Positions 12,440-22,849 of a stretch of 39,734 nt of DNA are shown in pieces. Positions within the stretch are counted from its first letter, which is position 1, and every line of letters begins with the position of its first letter. This DNA comes from Catajapyx aquilonaris (Eukaryota), in assembly GCA_000934665.2 (NCBI GenBank), contig JYFJ02003594.1, forward strand, positions 1-39,734, given 5' to 3'. The translations under genes were made by a program, and so were the position numbers. The notes under the pieces were generated by a model. That model made no database searches. It was not told where the DNA came from and saw nothing but the letters and a program-made list of their open reading frames with translations.

Positions 12440-14023
12440 AAGCTTATTATTGTTAAAAATTTACAAGTTTTCTTGTCAATGAAAGACTTTAAGTGGTGAA
12501 AATTCCCTGAAATTATGGCCCATGTCGTATGCTAGTATAAATATGCCCAAAAAAGTGAAATCTTACAAACAGATAATGCATGTGGCATGACAGTTTTGTC
12601 CATTTGCACAAATATTTTCAAAATTAAAACTATTGTGACCTAGTTCCTGCTAGAATAATATATAGGGACCGCAGGCAGCGACGAAACTTTTTCTTTCCAG
12701 TTTCCCACCATTTAGGGTCCCTGGGAGTCCAAGGGTAGAGTGTACTTACCCTAAATTCACAGCGGATGTGTTTATGGCCATAGATTTAACTGATGTGCTC
12801 CCTTATGAACTGTCATAAAGCACGCCAGAGGCGAGTGGTAGGTTATGCACACCGCTGTAAACCGTCTGGGCGATATTTTTTTATGGCGGCGATTATTGGC
12901 AATAAAAATTTGCCAGCCAGAAAAAAAGAGATGGTAAGATCTTGTCATATCGCGGTGTAATCACCGACATGGAAATTTCGGTTTAAAATGGATGCCTAAA
13001 CCATTCTATAATCCTTTTGTCGCGGTTCCTGTTGAACATAGGCTACTGTACAGTACCGGTATATCTGGTGTTTAGGTACATCCTCTCATGGTACATTAAT
13101 GAGGGAATGCTCTGGTGGTTTCTGTAGGTCAGACCAGGGCTTGAATAACATGTTTGCTCCCCGAAATAATATTTAGAAATTGCTGGCTCATACCTGTCCT
13201 ACGGTATTTTGAGCTACGAGTACTAAAAATCTTGTGGTGTAGAGAACCTATATTCACGTGGTATTCTGAAGGTTCATGTTGGAACAATCAGGCAACATGT
13301 ACCCACGCTAAACAGAATATAAAATAATTATTGACAGCATTGAGAAGTAAAGATGCTGCGCATTTGTTATTTTGCACCAAGTCAGCATACACAAAATTGC
13401 GCCATTTAAATATTGCTGTGTGCTCTCGGGTTCAGCCAGACCTGTGGCAACACTGGCGTGGAGAAAAACAATCAAAATGGATTTTGATGGGGGTACAAGG
13501 CAGAGCGCGCATGGTGGGTGCCTGCTGGTCACGAAGAACGTAAACAACGAAAGCAGGCAGATGATAGCGGTGGTACGCCATATTTGGAAGTTATGTCTCT
13601 TCCCCCATAATACTAATAGCTTTTTGCGGAGTGAAAAAATCTGAGTCACAATATCAATTTTAAGATTAGGCTACTCGTTTCAGTCAGCGATTGTTTGGCA
13701 AGTTCAATACTTCAGGTATGGGGAATGGGGAAAATATTATCTGGTAATTGTAATAAGTTATCATTTGAATTGACGCATGTTATGCATGGGGACTAACTTG
13801 CCAAGAAATGGGTTGTGTCATTGAGATTCAATGAAAACTTGCCAAATGTGAACCCTTTCCAATGAGAAATTCATTGCAATTCAGAGCATGGCGATGGTTC
13901 CATTAAACCTAACACGAGCAGCTAATAACTTCGATAACCTCTAAAAGTAGCTGGTTAAAAATCAATAGCTACGTGCCAGAAATGCGCTAACTGAAACGGA
14001 CACAACAAGAACAACAAATATGA

Positions 14024-14107
<84 letters not shown>
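14024..14107. repeat. (TAT)28 microsatellite
   Basis: Uninterrupted trinucleotide run; it explains the poly-I/poly-N/poly-L ORFs. Confidence 0.98.
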
Positions 14108-15093
14108 GGACCGTATACCCTGCAGGAAATAAACATATAGGCCTATCACTATACTGTATAATTATATGGTTGGACGGAAAAATGGCGGATTCAGGAGAAC
14201 CCAACGAGGTATAAATAGGGTAGAGGTAGCAGGCAGGCCGTAAAGGTCCGCCATTTTGGAAGGTTTTGGCGGCCATGACACTTCATGGCAAGAACACGCG
14301 CGAATTTGAATTTTTTACCGAATGAGCTTTTTTAATGCACTTTTCTCCGTATTAATTCCGTAAGTGTGCCTAATGGTGAAACTCATATGTATTAACAGGT
14401 TAGGTGAAAATCAACAGTTTTTTACTGCAAATTAAACTGAAAACTACAGGTACCGGTACATAAAATAAAATAAACTCAGTGCAGTATTAATGATTGACAC
14501 TAGTGTTTTCTTCAGAGTGGTTAGTCAAGATTATTTTGCAACTGGCAGCTGTCATAGGCATTATGGCTATGGTATGTGAATTTTGGAGGGTAGACAGGGG
14601 TGGCTAAGTTAGTACCACAACTGAGGCTGAGCGAAATGTCCACTGGAGGTCTAGTCGCTTCCGGTACTTTCTAATCGCAACCTAATTTGGCAACCTAAAC
14701 CTCCTGGAACTGGGAGACTGCACAGAATACTGCAGCAGTGACAATCTATTAGGGTCATACTCTGTCGAGTGATCGAATGGCCAACTGTCAGTGTGTCATA
14801 AACTCATAATACTACACCAGTACGGCCTTCGTTTTGTGTATAAGATGTCGATGTTGCGAGAAACCCATCCGGATATTTGCTATTTATGACAGTGACTCGT
14901 TTTCATCTGAATGACCCTTATACTTGCACAGGATTGTATCCCCTGCCATTCACTAATTCTCCCCTTTCCTGGCTTTGACTGAAAATGTGCAGGATGCCAA
15001 GAGATAACCATTATAATATGCTGCTTTTGAACAACTTCTGATTCCTCACGAGACTCATAGTGTTAGCAATAATTGCAATGTTAACAAAATATA

Positions 15094-15531
15094 CAGGGTG
15101 TATCAGAACTCTACCGTAAGCTATGTGCCAATGGCTTAATGGGCACCAGGGGATCAATTAATGTAGAGGAGTCATTATGTCTGGGCAGCCTAATTACTGA
15201 GATAATTGATCATTTGCGATTTAGCAATTGGGCCTAAGAGTGATTGTCACAGATTGTCACAGATTGTCACAAATTGTCACAGATCACATGCGACATGCAG
15301 TACACATGCGACATGCTAGTAGCTAAATGGAAAAGCTGCTATTTTCACGAGTGATGCGATGTCGGGGCTGAAGGTTTCCATACCTCCCAGGATACTTTGT
15401 ACTACGTGTTTGAAGGCAATTATCTCCGTAATGAGGCTGCCTAGATATGATGACCCCTCTACATATAATGATGCTCTGGTGCCCCTTATGCCATTGGCAC
15501 ATAGCTTACGGTAGAGTTCTGATACACCCTG
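15094..15531. mobile_element. Tc1/mariner-type MITE (TA TSD) nested in the P element
   Basis: Perfect 42-bp TIR CAGGGTGTATCAGAACTCTACCGTAAGCTATGTGCCAATGGC, extending imperfectly to about 115 bp. TA at 15092-15093 and 15532-15533. A central (GATTGTCACA)4 tandem lies at about 15242-15281. Confidence 0.92.
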
Positions 15532-15533
15532 TA

Positions 15534-15861
15534 TTTGTGTTTCTTGGGAGAAGAACTACAAACATTTATGAAAAACTTTTCTGCAAGAAGAAGTAGGTAA
15601 TTGACATCATGGGTCGGGTATGATAAGCCTCCAAGATGTTATATAGACTATGGTAACTTAGCAATCAGTGTTATCCAGGGTACATAAGTTGTTAACACCT
15701 TGAAGAATATCAGAACATTCAACACGGTTACAGCTCTTCATGACACCTTGAACAACATTTCCTGCAATGTAGCCTAATGAATTGCATATTTCACCATGAA
15801 TTATTATTCGCTTCGATTCAGAAATGTAATCATGCTGGAATGAATCAGAATTCAGTTGCAT
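15534..15861 (-). pseudogene. P-element/THAP9-like transposase C-terminal domain remnant (frameshifted)
   Basis: ...FQHDYISESKRIIIHGEICNSLGYIAGNVVQGVMKSCNRVECSDIL... then, after a frameshift, HLGGLSYPTHDVNYLLLLAEKFF. This matches the HDY / YIAG-x-V / CxxC-like / GGLxYP(S/T) / E-K/R motif order of P/THAP9 transposase C-termini. Confidence 0.75.
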
Positions 15862-15987
15862 TGTAGCCTTATCAGTTTCTTCAGCACACAGGTAATATTG
15901 CTGACGCCTGCTACGATTCCACTACAATAATTAGCTCTTGTCATCTAATGGTTACAGTAGTTTTAAGTTGAAGGAGGTAAAATCCTA

Positions 15988-16171
15988 GGGGGGAATTTTT
16001 CTCCCTACTGCTAAGCCTCTGCTAGCAGCCTGCTACTGCAAGTGAAGATTCTCCCATATATGTGCTTCTTCATGGGTCATCATGGTAGTTATCAGTTGTT
16101 GACACTGGTACCGTGTACTGCTGGTAACTGGTAAGTAGCAGTAACTAGCAGTGGAACAAAAATTCGACCCC
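15988..16171. mobile_element. PIF/Harbinger-like MITE nested in the P element
   Basis: GGGGGGAATTTTTCTCCCTACTGCTA on the left versus right-end reverse complement GGGGTCGAATTTTTGTTCCACTGCTA. GGG termini are flanked by CTA and TAA. Confidence 0.55.
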
Positions 16172-16316
16172 TAACTACCAATAACCGTCGGTATGCTGAC
16201 TGAAACTGCAATGCTGGGACTTGTTATTGTGACCTCCGCAAAGAACCTGCTGACAATTTTGCTGATCCTTGACCTCTCTATCTAGGCAACCTCGTCCTCT
16301 CTATGGGGCTCTAAAG

Positions 16317-16716
16317 TAGGGGTTCTCAACCTTTTTTGGGGGGCCTCCACAACCCTTTGAAGCCAGTTGGTCCTTCTCGCACCCCCTACCAGGCGTGATC
16401 AGTGATTTATTCCCCCCCCCCCCCCCCTTCTTTTGTTTTAACACTTTAACCTCATTCATACCGGCTACATGTCGATGAGATTCCTCATTCAAAGCTCCTG
16501 ATCTGTATCAGCAGCCAAAATTTTCCTTTGAGCAAACCAATAATTAAGTGCCGTGACATGTCCAACATTGTATGGACACTGTCAATGTTTTGGCCCAAAA
16601 CATTGATTAAGTTCATATTAAGACTAAGTCCAGGGGTGTACCTTGCTCTATGCTCATCCCCAAGTGGGCCGCCTCGCACCCCGTGGGGGTAGGGCACCCC
16701 TGGTTAAGAATCCCTA
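16317..16716. mobile_element. hAT (Charlie/Buster-type) MITE nested in the P element
   Basis: TIR TAGGGGTTCTCAACC / GGTTAAGAATCCCTA. Perfect 8-bp TSD CTCTAAAG at 16309-16316 and 16717-16724, which fits the NTCTAGAN-type target preference of this group. Confidence 0.88.
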
Positions 16717-17000
16717 CTCTAAAGGGCTCCAAACATGACACTCAATACGTTTATATGGGCGCCATGGCTCTTTTTGCCGTGAAGTGTCATGGCCGCCGTT
16801 AGTACGCATGACTTAATATGCTGGCAGCACTTTCCACGTGGTTGGAAGGCTTTACGGCCTCTACCCTATTTATACCTCGTTGGGAGAAGCAATGGCCACT
16901 ACTTCACCTGACCCTGTGCAGACAAAAAAAGATGTAAGTTACACGTGTAATATTATGTACAGTGTATGACCTTGAGGGTAGAAAGTTTAAGATTGTGTTA

Positions 17001-17127
17001 TGCCCCATTGCACCAACTTAACTTACCGGTCCGATAGCTCCTAATGGATTGTTAGGAGCCCTTTTAACGTGTGATAACGATCTGTTAGGAGCTATCTAAT
17101 CGGTCAATTCGTTGGTGCAATCGGGCA
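17001..17127. mobile_element. PIF/Harbinger (Tourist-like) MITE, 127 bp
   Basis: TIR TGCCCCATTGCACCAAC / GTTGGTGCAATCGGGCA, with inner inverted repeat GATAGCTCCTAA / TTAGGAGCTATC. TTA TSD at 16998-17000 and 17128-17130. Confidence 0.8.
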
Positions 17128-17182
17128 TTAGAGTGTGTGGAGCAGCCCACGGACACTTATACTACGTTCTGGCGTTATCACC

Positions 17183-17375
17183 TGCCGAGGCGTTTTTCAG
17201 CGAGTTTTCACCTGAGACCGCCATGAGACATTTCGGAGCCACGATAAGTGCGCCCCTACCGGACTAAGGCTGAACTTTATAGGTACGAAAGGGGAGGGCT
17301 ACATGATGACCCAACATGGCTCCGAAATGTCTCATGGCGGTCTCAGGTGAGAACTCGCTGAAAAATGCCCCGGCA
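17183..17375. mobile_element. Foldback element with 59-bp arms (possibly the core of a 17143-17425 element with an 8-bp TSD)
   Basis: 17183-17241 TGCCGAGGCGTTTTTCAGCGAGTTTTCACCTGAGACCGCCATGAGACATTTCGGAGCCA pairs with 17317-17375. The direct repeat GTGTGGAG lies at 17135-17142 and 17426-17433. Confidence 0.75.
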
Positions 17376-18121
17376 AGGGGGGTGGGGGGGTGGGAGTGAC
17401 CTAACCCGAGTCTTCTATAACCATGGTGTGGAGCATGTAGAGATGCCTTCAATATTGTTAGTTACATTATTTGAATTTTTGAGTGTCAGTGATACCAATA
17501 TATTGTGACATCAGTCCTATTCCATTGTTAAATGCACTTTAGAAGCAAAGTGGTTATGATTCGATGATGATTCCAGTTTGAAACAGATATGAGCTTGAAT
17601 GGTATGAATAATGGTAAACAAAATCCGGACTTGAACAATCTGGGTTGTCTAATAATTATGGCAAGTGACACATCGTATTTTTTGTCTCTCTCAAATCAGT
17701 CAAATGCTGTTGTCCCACTGCTGTATATGGACGTATGAGCTATTACTGAGGACTAGAACCATTTTCCTTTCAAATTATTGTAAGGGAACTGATCAAACCT
17801 GTGTCTCAGTTGGTTAATAATTTCAATTAGTGGTACAGCAGGCGAGAAAATAACGCAACTTTTTTCTTACTGTCACGTGCAAAATGAGTATATCAACTTG
17901 CACACTGTTGTATTAAAATAGCATATGATCTATGCAAGGAATCGACTTTGTTGTGAGGCACCATTATTCTTATTGAAAGTTGTTCCTAATAATAATAGAA
18001 TAAACAAGTGAAACTAAGGTTTCCCTGCATGTTTCTTGAGTTGTGGGTTTGAGAATCAATTTTTGATTAAAATTTTGGAAGGTTCCTAGAGCCTTTTGCC
18101 AACGAGTCAGTCAATTAATTA

Positions 18122-18345
18122 AGTAAGGTGAAGTGGGGTAAGTGCATACACGGGGTAAGTGCATACATGGGCCGCCATATTGGAATGAAAATGGCTGACG
18201 ACACCAAAACGCGTCAGGCACTCTTTGTGTAGCTGCACATAACATCCCCGGACGTGTTTTGGTGTCGTCAGCCATTTTCATTCCAATATGGCGGCCCGTG
18301 TATGCACTTACCCCGTGTATGCACTTACCCCACTTCACCTTACTG
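18122..18345. mobile_element. pogo/Tigger-like foldback MITE (TA TSD)
   Basis: ~94-bp near-perfect arms beginning (C)AGTAAGGTGAAGTGGGGTAAGTGCATACAC. Each arm has a doubled GGGGTAAGTGCATACA motif. Flanked by TA. Confidence 0.88.
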
Positions 18346-18872
18346 TAAATGAATTTGTCTGGATGTTTTTCTTGTACAGGAAAGAGATTTTTAATGAGCA
18401 GGATGAGTTGTCAAGTGAAGATTCACTCTATGTTTGTTGGCTTCAGATTATGCTGGTAGTGTTGAGTTGCATAGTATTACAATGATACAATTTATTGATG
18501 GAATGAAGGCAGTGAATCTCTTTTCTGAAAATGAAGACTCTGAAGCATCACACATGCATAGCTGGGCTTCGAGATGATAGAGTATAGCCTAACAATCCTA
18601 TATACTATAGCCACTGCTACTCCTTGCCACCTATCAGTGCTCTCGCAACAGCATAATTATGTGACCATTGTTGGTGGTGAGTATTTTGTGGGCTGCCTTG
18701 GAATGGACTGGTTGGGGTTTGGGTAGTCTGCTATTCAGAATATGATTGCTAGTGATATGGTCAGGCTATGTTTAATTTGGGATTAGCGAGTGATCATGGT
18801 CACCTGCTATAATCACTTATATTATGTTCAATTGTAGAATTATTAATAATGAAGAAAAAAAACATCTACTGC

Positions 18873-19191
18873 TATAGATGAATTTTTTCCGAGCGCAGCC
18901 GAGTGCGCACCACAGTTTGCGTAGCGTGCACGGCTGGCATTATCAATGATATCTGGTAAGCTCTCTGCATAGTAGGTGTACTGGTAAATAAGCGCTGCAC
19001 TACTGCTACGCTGGGGGGCAAAATGACCGACGTTTGCGACGTTGCCAGGGCTCAAGAACGAACCTCACAGGCTACTGGTACGAATAATTTTTTGGTTCCC
19101 GGGGAGTAACTCTGGCAACCTTGTTTCGGAACAATGGTGCTGCGCGAGTATGGGTGCGCATTCAGTTGAGCTTGTAAAAAAATCATCTCTA
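18873..19191. mobile_element. Degenerate MITE with TAGAGATG-type termini (hAT- or Academ-like)
   Basis: TATAGATGAATTTTTTCCGAGCGCAGCCGAGTGCGCACC on the left versus right-end reverse complement TAGAGATGATTTTTTTACAAGCTCAACTGAATGCGCACC. No intact TSD. Confidence 0.55.
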
Positions 19192-22100
19192 GTTAGACTA
19201 CTTATGGTAAGGAAAACACTGAGATTTTACGCACATTTTAAACGCATTCAATGGCATATGTCATAATTATAATTATTGGTTTATGTAGGTTAGGTTACCC
19301 CTTGTTTTCCCGGAACAAAAAACCAAATCAAGGCACTTTGTATTTTTTGCACCATGGTCCATTCGTACATTCGTACCGTATTCCAATGATGCAAAACATG
19401 ACATCTTGAAGTGACCATTCGGCATAAGCTATTGAAAAAATAAATTGCAAAATTTCAAAAATTGGCCGAGATATGTCCAAAAAATACTGAAGCCGTAAAC
19501 CTTTAATACATATATTCCTGAAAAGGTGGATCGATGTGGCATATACTCCCGCCATTCTTCCTCCGACCAATCCAGTTGTCCAAGTCCAAACTTGTGGTAA
19601 GCACACACGCAGGCAGGATGTACTGTAGGCTACAGTACAGTACAAGGCCTCGCATATTCTAGCCAGCACAGTTTCTTGAAACCCGCATAAGTAATGTAGG
19701 CTATGTACGTATAGTCATTTTATTTGTCTTACTCCGGAGGAGACTCGTCAAAATGAATCCATTAGTATCATTAGTTGGTGATATGAAGAAGTGCTTCGTG
19801 AAATGTGAGCCCGGTGCCATAAGGCAGGGAGAGTAGTGCCAAACGATGGGGGATCCTATTTGCCTGTAATCATATTAAAAGCCTTTTAATGTATCATGCT
19901 TCAGCCTCAAAGTTGACTTTAGTAATACTACTGAGGGATGCCATATGCATCGTTGCCGTCTTCTATTTTAGTAATAGGATGTTTGCCATTTCAGTTCAGC
20001 TTGTCAAATGTGATTTTTTTTTGATCGCATGACCTTCAAAACTCGAGGAAATATTTTAGCCAAAATATTCAATAACACAGTACTTTGCCAGTCTATACAG
20101 TCATGTACTCTAAAAAAAAAACACCACCACCAATGATCCAATGTGAATTTATTGCTTCCATTCATTGCGCACCACCTGTATGGCTTGGGTATAACCAGGT
20201 ATAACCCATATGAATGGCAGCATAAACGAGGGTATGTCCTTCTTGTCCTTTCCATCCCTAATGCGCTTTTGAGTATATCCCTAACCCAGAGCGTGCATTT
20301 CAGTTTACCACTACACTTTGCCATGTAAATATTGTGAATATACACAGGGAACCAGTGCATTAGTTGAAACACCTCACTGCATAATTTTGTCTGTAGGGCG
20401 GCACATCGGCCCTGTGTAAACACTGACAGCTAAGTGCATAAAATATGAAAAAAAATTAAAGGCAACACATCGGAAGTGCATATTATACAGAGTACACTCA
20501 AAGTCACTCATATTCAAATTCGCCAAGTTATACAGGGTGGTGCATTGCTTAAGTACCCCCATCCAAAAGTGGCATGGAGTTACAGATTTTTACACCAGTG
20601 TAAAGAGAAGCAACAATAACGGCAAGTAAATGTGACTCTGCTGTTTCCAACTGTTTTTTTAAATAAGCTTAACTACTGTAGGTTAAGGAATCAATCCGTA
20701 ACACTCCTGTACATATGAATAAAGTTCCTACATTTATGTATTCAATAGAATTTGATGCCAACAATCAACTCTTTTCATGTACCATGCACTGCTGTTCCCG
20801 AGAGTTTTTAAGAACTTCCCTGTACTGCTTCAACTTCAGATTCATTTGTCACTGTCTTTTTTCTGTCACTCAGTGTTGGCCAACTTTGGGAAGGTTTTCC
20901 CCGAGCAGACGCGACAATATCTTAATATAATCAACTTAAAATGCCACACGATATTGGGAATAGCTTTGGGCTGATATGATTACTCCTTGTTTGCTGTACA
21001 CTATCTAAACTGTTAATTGCGGCGTCTGAAGCTGGTAAGGTCAAATGAGAACAATGACATTTTTTAAATAATTTCAGTATATTTACTAATCTATATAAGC
21101 TTTCTAAAGTCTCCAAAAACGATATCGTTAGCCCTCCTTAGCGTGAATGGGCTCAGTTTTGCTGGCCATTATTAATAAAATGTAAAATCGCAAAATATTG
21201 TATGGAAATTATTTTTTCTAGTATATATTGTCACATTTGTAATCTTTATGAGCTTGGAATGCAATTTGGTAACGTGATGCAGTGACACTGGCAGGATACA
21301 AAAGTAAAATGCACTTGTCCACAATAATATTTTGTCGATAGTACAATCACAAGGAAGGACTGCCTCACAGAAAACTACGAGCGGGAAGAGGTTTTGTGAA
21401 TCTACACTTAATATACGGGTATTAAAAAGGAAAAATGTCCATGACTAGGCAGAGGGGGTGCGAGACTCGCCTTCTTGAAGCTATACAGCTATCGCTTTCC
21501 AATTTCAGGAAAAAGTTCCAGTCTTGCTGCTCACGCCAGAATAAGCAGGGAATATGAATTCGAGTCGATTTTTCTGGTTACAACTTTTTATGGGATCAGT
21601 AAAGATAATGTAATTTAAAATGTGCAAGGTGTTGCCAGAGGACAAGGAGAAGGGATCATAGAGTAGGTAGTGCAGTATGCCGCGTTAAATGACCAAAATT
21701 TAAAATTCTAATTTCTGCCCTTTTGTTTTGTGTTTGAGTGGTTTTGGACGACTTCGCCTTGCTATCTTCCATACTCTTGAGCGGCTCTCGCGATATCAAA
21801 AATGGGCCAAAATTTCAGCCTCAAATGAAGTGAAGGCTAGTTGATGGGATTTGAACTAGCTTACACTATGTGAAAGGATTGTCGAGGCTAGAAGTAGTTC
21901 AACAACTGCACTTACCTAAGTTAATTTTCGGTGCTTGCGTTACAGGGTGTTCAAATTGAAATGCCAGTTTTGTTAGATATTTTTGCACTAAGCTTCTTAA
22001 AATTAAGCAGCTACTTTTACGGGACATCAAATATTAACTGCTAATATTGGAACGCTACGGGTTCTTTCTGTATACCAAGATCGCTCAAATATTGGGGTTC

Positions 22101-22386
22101 ATGTATTACCGCAAATTTCGCCCGAAGTGGTTTACTTTTGTGTAGTAGCTGCTATATTCGACCACACCTGGGAATAATGGAGCACCTCGATCGGGGAGCA
22201 AAAAGCCGCACAACCTTCAGGTGAAATGCGATAACTAAAAATACCCAAATACTTGAAACCACGCTTGGAACACACATGGGCGCAGAGTACTGTACACAAC
22301 ATGTCGACAGATTATGTCCAATTAACTAGCCTATATTTCATATGTTAGTTCTGAATTTTGCGTATTTTGACGTAAATACGTCTTTA

Positions 22387-22679
22387 AAATCGGGTCCGTA
22401 TAGAGGGGGCAAACTCGAGCGTTACAGTCAGGGCCCCGCCAGGGGCCCCATGGCAGGGCTAAATTCGGATCCGCATAGGGGGGCATGGAGGCAAACTTGA
22501 GCGTTACAGAAAAGCGTCAGTCTATTACAACCGAGTCTACTATATGCGAAGTGGCTAAATTCGGATCCGCATAGGGGGCATGGATGCAAACTCGAGCGTT
22601 ACAGTCTATTATAACCGAGTCTACTATATCCGAAGTGGCTAAATTCGGATCCGCATAGGGGGATGGCGGCAAACTCGAG
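22387..22679 (+). repeat. Four copies of a ~45-50-bp unit separated by variable spacers
   Basis: AAATTCGGATCCGCATAGGGGG(G)CATGG..GCAAACTCGAG(CGTTACAG) starts at about 22387, 22461, 22557 and 22641. Confidence 0.9.
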
Positions 22680-22742
22680 GACCCTGCCAGGGGGCCCTGC
22701 CATGGGGCACATGGCGGGGGCATGCAGGGAAATTCTTAGGAG

Positions 22743-22849
22743 GGTCACCATGAGTGTCCAGACTTTACGGTCACCATGCATGTGTCCAGACTTTACGGTC
22801 ACCATGAATGTGTCCAGACTTTAGGATTACCATGCATGTGTCCAGACTT
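22743..22849 (+). repeat. 28-bp minisatellite, about 4 copies
   Basis: Unit GGTCACCATGCATGTGTCCAGACTTTAC. Confidence 0.92.

Larger units (their letters stand above)
14202..16882 (-). mobile_element. Non-autonomous P-element (THAP9-like) derivative, 2.68 kb, carrying three nested MITEs
   Basis: Perfect 25-bp TIR CAACGAGGTATAAATAGGGTAGAGG (14202-14226 / 16858-16882). Subterminal inverted repeat GGCGGCCATGACACTTCAYGGCAA (14268-14291 / 16774-16797). 8-bp TSD GGAGAACC / GGAGAAGC. Contains a P-transposase C-terminal remnant. Confidence 0.8.

Noticed and set aside
13955..14276. Poly-Ile/Asn/Leu ORFs
   Set aside because: Translations of the (TAT)n microsatellite.
19330..19506. Possible solo Kolobok end (...GCCGTAAACCT-TTAA)
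   Set aside because: No partner TIR found in the window.
20531..21960. Two TACAGGGTG mariner-like ends (20531 and 21941)
   Set aside because: Both are in the same orientation with different downstream sequence and no matching inverted end; at most solo fragments.
22387..22679. CRISPR-like repeat-spacer array
   Set aside because: Eukaryotic context, no cas genes, units vary in length, two spacers are near-duplicates, and the array lies inside a TIR element.
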